NCBI GenBank assembly: GCA_032718475.1
Contig: JAUCBJ010004420.1
Span: 1-64,000, forward strand
Reading direction: 5' to 3'
DNA: 64,000 nt
Source: Nemertoderma westbladi
Lineage: Eukaryota > Animalia > Xenacoelomorpha
This document shows, piece by piece, positions 12,716 to 25,410 of the stretch. The stretch's first letter is position 1. Each line of letters begins with the position of its first letter. A program made the position numbers and the translations under genes. Under the pieces are notes generated by a model. It was given only the letters and a program-made list of their open reading frames with translations. It ran no database searches and was not told the origin of the DNA.

Positions 12716-15700
12716 GTGGGGCCGCCGGTACGACGCCGGACACGGAGGGATAGAGGGGATGTCGGCGACGATGACGTCGGAGTCAGCGACCGGCTCCGAC
12801 GAGCCTACAACGCGACCCGGAAGCAACTAAGAGAAGCCAAAGGAGGGGCCAAGATAGACCATGTGAAGCTAGAGAAGCGGCTAGGTGAGTCGAATAAACA
12901 TTTTGATTACTTAGTACACATTGGGCAGACTAGCCAATGAGAGAGCGAGAGGGGTTGCCAGCGAACTGTTTGAACTGTGGGAATGCAGGGGTATGGAGCC
13001 TGGTGTAGTGTACATAGGGCCATACTTAGTCGATGCCCGGGGAATAAAATTAGTGGGTTGGAGGGGACTGCAGGAGGGCGAATCCGAGGTTAACCCCGAG
13101 GATTCGGTCTTGTCGGTCGGAGAAAATTCCGGAAAGCGGGGGAGAGTCCATAGGATGGGAAGGCGGAGGGAGTCTGTCGCAACCGATAAGTCTGCTACAA
13201 CCTCCGCAAAAGTAAGACGGGTGCTAGAAATAGATCTGGCATGCCAGCTCGATCTGGCGGCGCTAGACCAGAGAGAATTAGAGAGACAGTTAGAAGAAGG
13301 GAGTGCGTTATTAGAGAAGGAGAAAGAACTGGCTAGAGAGAACAGAGAGAGAGCCGAAAAGGTCGCGAGAAGCTTTAAGGAGTGTGAGGAAATAGGGAGG
13401 ATGGAAAGGAAGGAGCGAGCAAGTGAACGTAAAGAGCATGAGGCGAGAGAGCAGAATAGACGTGAAGAGCGTGAGGCGAGAGAGCAGAGTGAGCGGAAAG
13501 AGCGCGAGGCGAGACGACTGGAGAGAGTTGTGAGAGAGGCGGAGTTAGCCAATCAGAGTTCAAGAGAGGATAGAGAGAGAGAAATACCGGGAAAGCGTGT
13601 GCGGGATGATATGCACGCCCGGTTGAGGGGGCTTATGCAATATCAAGCCACACAGAAGCGCCGACTAGAACTGGCACAGATGGGGCTGTCAGAGAGCGAG
13701 GCTGGCTCGAGTAATATTTACGAGGAGCCAGGAGTTAGGGAAACATTTATTAATACCGCACTTACAGGGACCGGACGACAGACCCAAGACTGGTATGACT
13801 GTACGGGCGGGGGGGGGGGGGGGGGGGGGGGGTAATAATGATAACAATACAGTAGATGACGTTAATATTAATAGTACCGTAGTGGATAATTCTAACCAAA
13901 CTTTCATTGCAGGAAATAATATTTTGCCCGACAGTAGTAATTTAGATCCGAACGATTCTAATATAAATGTACAAAGTAGTCCGAATAATTCAAATAATAT
14001 AATTACGCAAAATAATTCAAATAATAATCCCATTTCAAATTCTAATAATTCTAATAATTTAATTAATTTAGAAGATTGAATTGATTTAACAGATAATATT
14101 GGTACTGGTGCTATTAATATGAACGTGGCGGATGTGCATAGCCCGGCAAATGAGGGCCTGGTAGGCCACGTAGTCAGTAGCAGGAAGTGATGGGGTTGAG
14201 CCAACCCGAGGGGGGCCTGGTAAGCCACGTAGTTAGTAGGCAGGAAGTGGCGGGGTTAAGTCAACCCGAGGGAGGCCTGGTAGGCCACGTAGTTAGTAGG
14301 CAGGAAGTGGCGGGGTTGAGTCAACCCGAGGGGCGCCTGGTAGGCCACACAGTAGTAGAGGGAGAGGCGGAACCCCACAACGAGAGGTTAGCGGCGAGAG
14401 GGGGGGGGGGAGTGAATGCCCCACAGGCGTCGGCGGACAAAGCGCGGGGCGAATTAGGTGAACCGCAGCACCCGGCGATGGAGAACAGTAGGGGGGTTGC
14501 GAGAATCCCCAGCGGCGTGCGACCGAGTAGAGAGAGAGAGGTTGACGTCGCAAGAGGGCGAGCGATGAGACGTTGAGCCCAGTCAGAAGAGGGAAGAAGA
14601 ATGGTGGAGTTTAACCGGGAGGTCGACGAGAGATCTCACGACCGGGGATACTGCACTGCAGAGAGAAGAAGGGAAGAGAGTAGAAGAAGTGTCGTCGTGA
14701 ACGACAGGAGAGCAAGGACGGATAGTGAGCCGTTGGTAGTAGAGATGGAGACGGAGAGTCAGTGGGGTCGAACTCAGGGAGATTGCCGTCGTCCCGGAGA
14801 GACGCGACCTGACGAGGTGTACTATACACCGAGAGGAGGGTACAGGGTGTACCGGTACGAGGACGAGAACAGTAGAGGGGGTCGAAGAGAAACTTCCCGA
14901 CGGGATCTACCTACCGATCGAGAATACGGTAGCCGCGGGGAGTATTATTCGAGAAGATTAAACTTCGATCCCGAGCGACACATACAGACTGCAGGACATA
15001 CTGTAGGCCTTACTGCACATACTATAGGCCATGCTGGCAGCGATAATGTAGGCGAAAGGGTGGCGCGGACTACGGGATTAAACCCGGAAGTCGCGGAGTA
15101 TATACCGGTAGGTAGGCCAGAAGTGGATAGGCCTATACCAGTACCAGCACAGCAGTATGACTACAGCATGCAAGAACATAACATATATCCAGGGGAGGGG
15201 AGAATTATTGCGGATAGGTGCATGGGCCCCAATATATTAACATCAACCCCAGTATCAAACATACCGGTGGGGGGGGGGGGGGGGGACAGGGTGACATTCC
15301 CCCATCACTATATCAACAATATACTCCAATAGGAACAAGAACATCGAACCCTTTGGACGAAAACAGGTCATGCGACACCGAGATATGGAGGGGGCCGCTA
15401 CCCCCTATGACATACCCAACACAGAGAAGTGCAGCAGATAGGACGAACGGACCGCACCCAACGGCAGAATCTGTACAGCATCCATCGAACCCATTGGAGG
15501 CACAGGCGATGGGAATGGCTACATTAATCTATGCCTTAAAGACCAGGATCGAACTGCCACCTGTAGAGCCATTTAAATTCGATGGAAGTAGGCCGGAAGA
15601 ATACCTGCAGTTTCGGCGCATGTACAGCAATGAAATATTGACGAAGAACCTGACGCAGGCGGAGTGCCTAAAATATCTGCAAGTTTATACAGGAGGCCTA

Positions 15701-17384
15701 GCATACGACATCGTGAGGCAGTATCAGGGCATCGAGGGCGGCTTCACGACAGCATGGCGGGCGCTAGACAGGGAGTACGGGCACCCAGCCAAGATCATCC
15801 GGCAAACCCTGAGAGGTATAACATCGGGTGGCCTACAGGATAACCCCGTTAGCATAAAGACATTTGCAAACAAAGTTGAGAAGGCGCTAATCGTGTTAAA
15901 GACGCTGGACGCACCATACGAACTCAACGCGTCTAATAACATCACCACGATAGCGCAGGCACTACCAATATGGCTGCGCAACAAGTGGAGGAAGATTGCT
16001 TTCTCCACTGGAGACAGGAAGGGTGCGGAACCGGGTTTAGAAGAAATGTCGAGCTTCTTAAACTATGAAGCTGAACTAATAACGGACCCAGTCTATAGCG
16101 AGGATAGCCTGGGAAAGGGACCAAAGACCGATTACCACAGGCCGAAACCAGAACACAACGCGTCGAACGCATTGCCAAAACTCAGACAGTCACTGTCGTA
16201 CGCGGCGACGCAGGGGACTGCTAGTCCACAAGTAGCCGGGGGTAAGACCACATCATGGAGCGGACAAGAGAAAAATAACAACACAAATAAACATAACCCC
16301 AACACGCCCAGTAGGCCGAATCCAAACAATAAGAATAGTAGGGACTTTGGTACAAACGTAAGTGCGATATGCAGCGCACTGTATAAGGACGGCTACAACC
16401 CAAAGAGCAAATGCCAATTACATACAAATGCACTTCATCAGACCATGAACTGCAGGTACTGGCAAGCGTTACCCAGGGAAGATCAGGTAGAATACGTGAG
16501 GAGGAATGAAGTTTGTTCTCGGTGTGTGACGGGTGGACATAGAGCCGACCAATGCGAAGAAACGCCAATTAAATTCGGTCAAAGTAAAGGGCAGACGATG
16601 GCGACAAGCACCGTAGGGGCGAAGAAAAGAGGAACGGTACTACTCGGGGTAGTACCGGTAAGGATAATCGGGGAAGGCTATCGATCAGTAACCACACTGA
16701 TGCTGGTCGACAGTGGAGCAGCCTTCACATTGGTTGAGAATTGGGTGGCCGAAGAGATAGGATTGAGAACGAGGCCAAGTAGAATGGCGGTAACAACCAT
16801 CTCCAGCAAAGATGAGGTCCTGGAGATGAGGACCGGACGGTGCGGGATAGCAGCGATAGCACCGGGATGCGACTATGGGGCGACCATCGACCCCATCCAG
16901 GTGATAGAGTCGATAAATATCAACGCCAGGCGACCAACCAACATCTAGGTCGAACAATATAAATTTCTGGACAGTATCGACTTCTCAATCCCAGAGGTGG
17001 ACGTTAGGAAGGTATCCATCATGGTAGGAATGGACTGCCCGATGGCCCACTAGAGAATCCAAATGGTCTTCGGCGAAGAAAGGCAGTGTGACCCGGTGGC
17101 GATTTTAACACCATTCGGGTGGACGCTGAGCGGCCCAATTAAGAGCAAGATACCATTTAGGATGTCGGAGACATCAGGGTGCATGTTCGTGGGAACTATG
17201 CGAGAGATGGGAGATGAGAGAGCGGAGGAGCAGCACAGGAGACTGCTCAGGCAGGATTTTGAGGGATTGAAAGAGACCGGGTTCGGAACCTCGGTAGAAG
17301 ACAAGCAGGCTTTATAAAGCATAAAGGAGTCGATGAGATGTGACGAGGGGCGGTATACCATAGGGATGGTATGGAAACTACCAA
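12716..17384 (+). pseudogene. gag: B gag-protease (coiled coil, N-rich region, BEL gag domain, Cys/His knuckles, aspartic protease)
   Basis: LPPVEPFKFDG...CLKYLQVYTGG, CQLH...HQTMNC, CSRCVTGGHRADQC, LVDSGA, TPFGWTLSG. Frame breaks at poly-G runs; stops at 16946, 17051 and 17315. Confidence 0.85.
14152..14350 (+). repeat. 60-bp tandem repeat (~3.3 copies) in B gag
   Basis: Repeats peptide GLSQPEGGLVGHVVSRQEVA. Confidence 0.85.
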
Positions 17385-19282
17385 TATTCGAAGAGACAGT
17401 AACAATACCTGCAATATCTTACTGTAAAGTTTGCGAATCAAATCATAATCAGACCTTCTAACCAAAACAGTAAACTCCAAGTAAGCGAATATGTATATAT
17501 TGCAGTATCGGTCTCTTATAACCGGTGAGGCAGAAAACAGTCTACGAACGGACAAACTTCGATAAAACAAAATCCCGCGCAGCGAATCCTAAAATCAGGC
17601 TCACTCACTGATGGACTAAGGGGCTCGTATACTTTGCCGCGGTGTGATTTATATGGTTGGGCGAAAGGGACGCTAGCTACGTGCAGAGATTTGGAGATGT
17701 CTAACTAGCGGGCAAAGTGCAGTACGGACAAAAGTTAATTTTATATATTTTGAGGTGTAAATAATTTCTAACGCGCGTGTGTTAATTCTGAACCGTCAAG
17801 ATCAGTTTTGCTCCTTCATATATATAATTACTGGGTACGGTGTGCATTTTACAAATATTCTAATTTTGTAACTTATAGGGCCAATACTCACGAATGATAA
17901 GGCTCCTTCCCCTCTTGCGTATTTCCAGGACTCAAATTCAGGCATAAGATTAATGCTACGCCCAGAATTCGGCAATTTTTATTTACCAGGTCCCTAATAC
18001 TAAGAAGAAATGTGTTAGTTTACTACAGTAGGCGTACAATTACTAATAGCTAGCCTGGCGTCCTATCTAGAATTTTGGTTACCTAGGTGGGCTTGGTAAC
18101 TTCCTATCAGGATGTCGGCGGGGACACGGTAGATGTTAGTATCCCTAATTAGCCTCAATTTATTTGCGCCTAGTCGTAAACTGCCCTACCGCCTGAACGG
18201 TACAATCCTAATTCAGGTGAAACACAGTAACCCTCCTAGCCTACAAGTTCTAATGCAATGGACACCGTTGTACTACAAATAGTCGCAGACGCACCTGTAC
18301 TTAGCAAGAGTTAGGCGTACAGTTTGCTGCACCCTACCAATGTGTATGCTTTGTACCGGTGTGCCTACGTCCTATCTGCGTACTAGTATCTCTGCCTGCT
18401 CTCCCCCTCCTCCCGTAGGAATATGAAGGTCTACTGCGGTTTTTTCCTGAATTAAAACAGTACAGTCCCTAGATGTAATTTTAGGCGTACAGCGTGTCAC
18501 TACCTCTACCTTCGATCTTTGGTCTTATACTTAGGTAGCAAGGCATCGAACGCTGTCTAACCTTTCAGGCGATGGGCGAATAACTAAGATGATATTGCGG
18601 GTTGTCTCCTGTCTACATTCCTTAGATGTTCCCGTTCATTGCTGCGGCCCGATGTCTAGCCAGCCATCCTGTCCCTCAATTGAGTTCACCGTGGTGAAGC
18701 ATAGTAAAACAGATAGAAAAGGGCAGATGTGACAAGTATTTCTAACTTTTATTACAAAATCAAACAATAACTATTATACAATAAACAGAATAGCAAGTAA
18801 CAGTGATGTAGCGTGACGATTGTAAGAAAGAATAACTAATGAACGAAATCGCACCTTTTATACCAAATTTGTGCCACAATCAATCGAGAAAATTCTCGAT
18901 TGTTCTATAGGTTCTAACAGCTTTTTAAAGATAGCTATTGGTCCAGCAAATATATAACTTGTACGACATTGGTTACAATCTAATAACTACAGTCTTATTG
19001 GTTAACCTTACTTCGAGCAAATGCAATTAATTTGTAGCGGTCAATTTAAATGAGTTGAAATTCTGCACAAAAAATAATTCGCACCTACTAGGATTCGAAC
19101 TCAATACACCCTACATATAATTTCCAACGCTCTACCGACTGAGCTACTGAACCACTTGACTAATCATCGTTCAAATAGATATAGCAAATACAAATGAGGA
19201 CTTAATGTAATCTTTAGCAAAGTTAATTCGAATAAAATAAAAATTTTGAAAATCCACGGCATCTAGAGAATATAATTCTATA
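17385..19282 (-). repeat. 3' LTR of Y (1898 bp, ends TAT...ATA)
   Basis: Preceded on the minus strand by PPT TTTTCATGGAGCGG; carries ~208 bp (17974-18181) absent from the 5' copy; TATAAAAG at ~18855-18862. Confidence 0.95.
19080..19153 (-). promoter_or_regulatory. tRNA-like A/B-box cassette in LTR Y (second copy 39138-39211)
   Basis: Minus: GGTTCAGTAGCTCAGTCGGTAGAGCG...GAGTTCGAATCCTAG followed within ~15 nt by TTTTTT. Confidence 0.65.
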
Positions 19283-20102
19283 CCGCTCCATGAAAACAGG
19301 ATATTATCGTGCATAAAATATACGGTTTTCACCAATAATCAATCAAATTATTGAATACTTAGGGCGTACTTACATATTTACAAATTAAATTTCAAGCAAT
19401 GCTTCCTTTCTACATAATGATTCGATACAAATAATTACAAATTCAAACTTTACATATTTAAGGCTTTACTAAGTAAGTACAATATAAATCTAAATTAAAT
19501 TCACCAATATAAATCTATTGCATCTCAATATTGCATAAATTCAAACAATTACAAATACAAATAAATGAAAATCATAAGAAAGGCTCGCGAGTCTTCCATC
19601 TACTATTGCATCTCAAATATTGCATGAATTCAAATAATTACAAATACTTTCGTGCCTAAATGTAGATTGCATAAGTTCGGAATAATTACAAATATGAGTC
19701 TTTCTAAGTACAAAACTTTCTAACTATAAAACTTTCTAAATACAAAATATAACACTTTACAAATGAAACTATAAGAAAGGCCCACGAGTCTTCCATCTAC
19801 TCTTACTTTCTATTTCACTGTAAATACAAATACTGCTTATAAGATATAAATTGCATAATATTCGGAACAATATAAATTGCATAAGTTCGGAATAAACACA
19901 AATATAAAATATAAATCTTGCAAAATATAAATTCTTACTAAATATAAATCTTGCAAAATATAAATTCTTACTAAATATAAATCTTACTAAATATGAGTTC
20001 TTCCAGAATACAAAACTTACTAAATATAAAACATATAATTCAAATAAATCACAAATTCACAAGAAAGGCTCATGAGTCTTCCGTCTACTCTTGCCCTCCC
20101 TT

Positions 20103-23100
20103 TTATCGCTTAGTGGATCGAGCCCTGCCGCGTCCTCGAAAACTGCGCACAGGTGACTTTGCTCGCGATATGGGACTCGTGGGGCGAGTCACTGGTTTCG
20201 TTTGGACGTTGGGAGACGGTGCGACCGTTTCCTCACAAATTCGTCTATGTGGTATCCCAAAACCTCGACCGATTCCTCGTGACCGATCAGTTGTCACTAC
20301 AGTTGGTAAAACGTCTGGGAACGCGCGGGAAGCGGACGACGCAGACACAAGAGTAGCTTGCGCCCCCTTTTGATCAGCTGGTGTATGTCCCGATCCTCCT
20401 GTTGGTTCTCTAGGAAGCGATACCGTATCCCGAGTAATTCGAATGGTAGGCTCAACTCCCTTGCGTTCTTCTATATTAATAGACTTCTTTAATTGTTGGC
20501 TCACTTTCTGGACCCTTATGATCCTACCCTGTCCGTCCTCCCGAGGGTGACGTGCAGACGGCGCAACCGGAGTGGCTGGTATGTCGGTCGCCTCTAGGAT
20601 CTCCTCTTCCTCGAATACGCTCGCTCGTATACGTTTGTACAAATACTTAGCTATGTTATCTTTGTTACCATACCTGATGTTTAATGTATCCCATACTTGT
20701 CTTAATCCTTCTGGATGTCCAATAAACTTTAACGCCATTAAACTGGGAGGTCCTTCCAAACACTTGATGAGGAACCTAAGTTTCTCTCCGTTAGATAGTA
20801 CAGAGTTTTGTATGCTATCTTTGTAATATTCATTGAAAGGTAGCCATTTCATCTCATCTCCATTGAATTTAACGATCTCTCCCACTTTGACCGCTTGGCG
20901 GGCTTCTGTTCTAGCCATCTGACGCGTAAAGCTTTCTTGGGCCATCGTGTTATTTAATATCGAATTATCGGTATATAAATTTCTCGGATCATTATCAGGT
21001 CTATAGGGAACATCATTAACAACAGGTCTATAATCACCCTTAATAGGGTTTGCTATAGGAGTTTCTACTTCACTAGCAGTATAGATGCGTGTAGGCTCCA
21101 CACCTTGCGCATGTAATACTTCAGACCTAACAGGTTGACACAATTTTACAGGGGGTATTGGTATCCCTTTTTGTATATTGACTAACTTGTCGCGTTCCAG
21201 TGCGATACTTTGCTGCACTTCTTGCAACTCTGCCCTACCTTCCCTTACTGTTCCCTTAAGTTGGTGGACAGTCTCCTGCATCTGTCCGAGCAGGAGGTTC
21301 ATCCCCCGCCGTCCCTCCTCTACCCACTCGACCGCCGAAGCGGGAGTCGCCAACATTGTAGCGGGCCGACGCTGGACGACGGGAGACAAATCTTTGATTT
21401 CTCTCTCTGCTATCAGGACAGGGATATTCTCATGGACTGTTCTACCGGGTACAGGCAGTGTAGTACTATGTAAAGGGAATTTAGAGTTAAGCTCTGGAAG
21501 TACAGGGGTCTCTAACACAGAAGTGACTTTGGGAACGACAGGCCTAATTATTTCAGGCTCATCAACTATTGTAGGGAGTCTTTTGACCTGAATAGTTTGG
21601 TATGGGGGTTCCGTACTACCTAAGTCTGTGCTAGCTAGCTGTCTTCTAACAGCTGGGGGCAAATCAGGCAATTTGTGACGGTGAGATGTTTTTCTACGCC
21701 TGCTTAGACGAGATCTATTTCCTCCGCCTTCAGGATCGGTGGTTTCGCTTTCCTCCGATGATGTGTATCCCTGGCGTTTGGGAGTAGATCGTCTCATCAT
21801 CTGCATTTGACTAGCAGTTAACTGTTTATTTATGTTGTCTTGCGTCTCCTGCAGATTTTCCAACTCCAGTTGGGTAGTCTCCTCAGAGGCTCTCCGTTCT
21901 GCTTCTGCCACTGCCTTTGCTGCTTTTCTTTCTGCTTCTGCTTCTGCCGCCGCTGCCTTTCTTTCTGCTTCTACTTCTGCCGCCGCTGCTTTTCTTTCCG
22001 CTTCCACTTCGGCCATTGCCGCTGTTACTGCAGCTGCCGTTCGGTCCTCTATCCGTTTTTTCTTTACTAGTTCTTCTTGGACTCTAGTGAGGTGAAGTTT
22101 TTCATCAAACTCAGCTTGGTTGGCCGCTAACATTTCAGCATCGATTGAGTCTAACACACGCTGGGTTCCTTCACTATTAGGGGAAAGTCCAGACAGCCGT
22201 CTCCTCAACTCTTCGTCTCCTAGGAATCGCTGATAGTCGAACAGATATATATCGATGGCGTCTCTCATTTGTGGTCTCTCTGCGGTCTCTTCACCTTCCA
22301 CTTGAGAAAGGGTGACACCGGTTGGTTTTTTATAGGTTAGTCTCTCAGACAGCTGGGATTTCCACTGGTCCGTTTCTTGTACTTTGAGGCCTACCCGCTG
22401 GAACCAAGTTTTGACAGTAACCTGCAGCGACGTGTCCTGTCTTCTTTTGGAAGTTTCCTCAAAGGCTGAGAGGATTAATCTAATGCGTAAGGTTCTTTCG
22501 CGTACTTGATATAGCAGCTCTTCCTGCTCTTGAGGTCTTTGGGGTTGTCGAAACAGTTGTTCTTCTAATCGCTCCAAGGAGACGAAGAATCCCTGCACAT
22601 ATCCTGCTGCCGACCTCTTCCAAACAGCTGGATCCATCGTATCTTTAGCCACTCCCATCCTGTGTATATCTTCCCAAGTAGCTTCGGACAAATCTAACGG
22701 GAGTCCGGGTCCGGGAAAGTTCCATTGTGACTCGACAATAGACATCAATTCTTCCCTGGCGTATCCCGCATAATTATCTTGGGTCGCTCGCTTATTTCTC
22801 GCCCAATCGGCTTGATGTTCATCCACCGCAATCAATATAGTAGTTAGCACTGCGGCAGGAAGGGTGAGAAGGGGGTCCGAGTAGGCTTTAACAGCCATCT
22901 GCAATCCGCGTTCGGGGGTCAGCTCGACAGTATCCGAATTACTGGAGCTATCGGATCGCTGGGAACAAGTTTCTTGACAAGGCTGTTGCTGCTGTGGGAC
23001 AGCTGCTTCCTGGTTCCGTTTGACTTGGGCCCGAGTGCCGATGATAGACCTACGGTGTTGGATTAGCTTAGAGTCTGATACTTCTACTGGAGGGATGACC

Positions 23101-23216
23101 TTTCTTTCAGTAGGAGGTGAGCTGAACTCCTTTCTTAATCGCTCCACACTCCTATCTGTGTCACAGATGGTTGTATCGATTAGACTGTCTGACAGGTTTT
23201 GCTGGGTGTCAGACAT
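20103..23216 (-). CDS. gag: Truncated BEL gag of element Z fused in-frame to a basic low-complexity tail
   Basis: 1037-aa ORF with coiled coil and KFNGDEMKWLPF...EKLRFLIKCLEGPP gag domain, which breaks off near 20620; no knuckles or pol follow. Confidence 0.75.
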   Translation of the reverse strand: MSDTQQNLSDSLIDTTICDTDRSVERLRKEFSSPPTERKVIPPVEVSDSKLIQHRRSIIGTRAQVKRNQEAAVPQQQQPCQETCSQRSDSSSNSDTVELTPERGLQMAVKAYSDPLLTLPAAVLTTILIAVDEHQADWARNKRATQDNYAGYAREELMSIVESQWNFPGPGLPLDLSEATWEDIHRMGVAKDTMDPAVWKRSAAGYVQGFFVSLERLEEQLFRQPQRPQEQEELLYQVRERTLRIRLILSAFEETSKRRQDTSLQVTVKTWFQRVGLKVQETDQWKSQLSERLTYKKPTGVTLSQVEGEETAERPQMRDAIDIYLFDYQRFLGDEELRRRLSGLSPNSEGTQRVLDSIDAEMLAANQAEFDEKLHLTRVQEELVKKKRIEDRTAAAVTAAMAEVEAERKAAAAEVEAERKAAAAEAEAERKAAKAVAEAERRASEETTQLELENLQETQDNINKQLTASQMQMMRRSTPKRQGYTSSEESETTDPEGGGNRSRLSRRRKTSHRHKLPDLPPAVRRQLASTDLGSTEPPYQTIQVKRLPTIVDEPEIIRPVVPKVTSVLETPVLPELNSKFPLHSTTLPVPGRTVHENIPVLIAEREIKDLSPVVQRRPATMLATPASAVEWVEEGRRGMNLLLGQMQETVHQLKGTVREGRAELQEVQQSIALERDKLVNIQKGIPIPPVKLCQPVRSEVLHAQGVEPTRIYTASEVETPIANPIKGDYRPVVNDVPYRPDNDPRNLYTDNSILNNTMAQESFTRQMARTEARQAVKVGEIVKFNGDEMKWLPFNEYYKDSIQNSVLSNGEKLRFLIKCLEGPPSLMALKFIGHPEGLRQVWDTLNIRYGNKDNIAKYLYKRIRASVFEEEEILEATDIPATPVAPSARHPREDGQGRIIRVQKVSQQLKKSINIEERKGVEPTIRITRDTVSLPREPTGGSGHTPADQKGAQATLVSASSASRAFPDVLPTVVTTDRSRGIGRGFGIPHRRICEETVAPSPNVQTKPVTRPTSPISRAKSPVRSFRGRGRARSTKR

Positions 23217-24539
23217 GTTTAGCTATACAGTTGAATGCTTACTGCTATAGTTACAATTAAAGCAAGTCTAGTAATTCAGTATGACCGTTAGCCTAGTACC
23301 GGTAATTTATTGCAGTATATTAGAATACCGGTATGCACTTATAATATATATAAGTATTGTAAACTAGTTTTGTCACAGAGTACCGGTATATAAATTTAGC
23401 ACAAATATATATAAATATATAATAGGCCTATCGTGAATACCGGTATACAGCTTACACTTATAGTATATATAAGTATAATTATGAACTAGAATTAATTACA
23501 GAATACCGGTATGATTTTAGCTCAAATTTATAGAAATAAATATAATAAGCCTATGGTAAATACCGGTATGTCAATTATTTTAGAATAATTGAATTTCTGA
23601 ATATTTTAGGGTTACTTGGTTACTTTAACTTACTTTATTACCGTTATTTAAGCAGTAGTCCAACTGATATTGAGACCTAGTTGTTGTATGGCAGGCCTAC
23701 TATTTATAAATCGTTTGAGTTGATTTATAATAGATATATACCCGTTTAAAAGGGGTTTTGTCAATATTTGAAATAAATGTTATTATTTCTGGGGGAAGTC
23801 ACTACACAGAAGCTGTGCGCTCTCCGTGAAGTGCTACCTATGGGACACTAAAACAGATAATTCTAATTTACCTAAGTTACTTAATACTACAAATTGCTTA
23901 CGATACGGGTGAGATTAAATCTCTAATTAAACACAACAAAATATTACGTACGAATTTTTAGGGTAATTTTACAGGAAGTCTACAAACCAGTCTAACAAAG
24001 GGTTAGAATTCGGTTTATTACAACGGACAGGGTACTACGGTATTTGAAAATAATAAGTAGTAGTAAATATATTGCACTGTCCAGATAGGAAAATACCACC
24101 GCCTGACGACCTATAGCCGTATCGCTATAGGTACTACGTTATGTATCACGGAGTGTTCCTACCTAGAAGTTAATTACCGCGGACTACCAGATCCAACGTG
24201 CCTATTAACCACTTTACAACACAAATATACTGCCTACACACTAATTACTTTCGGAAAGCACTGTACACTAAACCCTAAATTAGGTACAAGTACTGGTACA
24301 ACAAATAATCAGTAGTTAAATATACTTGAACATTTAAAAGAACCACGGCATCTGCTGGAGTGACCGAAGCACAAAGTCACCAGTCTTTTCCTACGCCAAG
24401 CAGTCCGTGTAGTACCGGGGTTAATTTAACTATAACGGTATGTGTAACAAACACAATTACTGTAGGAATAAACTTGGGGACATGAATGTTGCGAATAATC
24501 GCATAAACTCTGAATAATAAATATTACGCTACCCGTACA

Positions 24540-25095
24540 GAATACTCAAACAAAATACAAACCAAACGCTGGCAGACTACCACCAAGCCTAAATAAACTA
24601 CAGTATGTGCAGATTCCAAAATGGTTAGTTAGTATGCGTTCTAACACGGTAGTACGACTTATTCTTTAAGAGGGGATTGACCTTACAGCTATGGCTGCCC
24701 CAACTTACTAACTGGCACTCTATCGGACAAACTCTACACACGCAGCAATCTCTTCAGACCTAATAATAGCTAGACAACAATCCAGCCTACAAAATATCTG
24801 AGTAATAACTATTACGGTACCTGAACAGACCACACAAACAAACACAGACCAAAAACGCTGGCAGAATACTGTCAAGCCTAAATAAACTACAGTATGTGCA
24901 GATTCCAAAATGGTTAGTTAGTATGCGTTCTAACACGGTAGTACGACTTATTCTTTAAGAGGGGATTGACCTTACAGCTATGGCTGCCCCAACTTACTAA
25001 CTGGCACTCTATCGGACAAACTCTACACACGCCGCAATCTCTCCAAACCCAACAACAATCTAACAACAGTCCGGGCTACTATTATCTGAACAATC
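24540..25095. repeat. ~289-bp tandem duplication in the Z leader
   Basis: AAGCCTAAATAAACTACAG... block at 24585 and 24874. Confidence 0.85.
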
Positions 25096-25254
25096 TGAGC
25101 AGACTTACACGTCTTCAGCTCAATATTAACTGACATGTAAATAAAACTGACAGAAATAAGTAAGCTCCAAAAGAAACAAGGGGTGTACAGTCCCTAATCT
25201 CTTAAACAGCCTACCGGTATGCAATAATCAAAATCGAATAATACTAATGTACTT

Positions 25255-25410
25255 ATACTGGAAGTACCGGTTAGAACAGTTGGGCCTACGGACCTACAGA
25301 AGTACCGGTTCTGGCAGTTGGACCTACGGACCTACAGCAGTACCGGTTCTGGCAGTTGGGCCTACTGACCTACAGAAGTACCGGTTCAGGTTTACCGGTC
25401 GACCGGTACT
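25255..25410. repeat. ~38-bp tandem repeat with GTACCGGT cores in the Z leader
   Basis: GTACCGGTTCTGGCAGTTGGRCCTACGGACCTACAG repeated ~3.5 times. Confidence 0.8.

Noticed and set aside
12911-13552. Antisense ORFs over coiled-coil or N-rich gag regions (also 13689-14228, 21832-22095, 35712-36056)
   Set aside because: Shadow ORFs of low-complexity coding sequence.
13806-15285. Programmed frameshifts at poly-G runs in B gag
   Set aside because: Long G/C homopolymers occur throughout the window; length error or slippage is more likely.
19080-19153. Functional tRNA genes (also 7526-7594, 39138-39211)
   Set aside because: Acceptor and anticodon stems do not pair; only the promoter boxes and D-arm are kept.
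19325-19334. TGGTGAAAAC as a tRNA PBS
   Set aside because: It lies just before the PPT and 3' LTR rather than after a 5' LTR, and it pairs locally.
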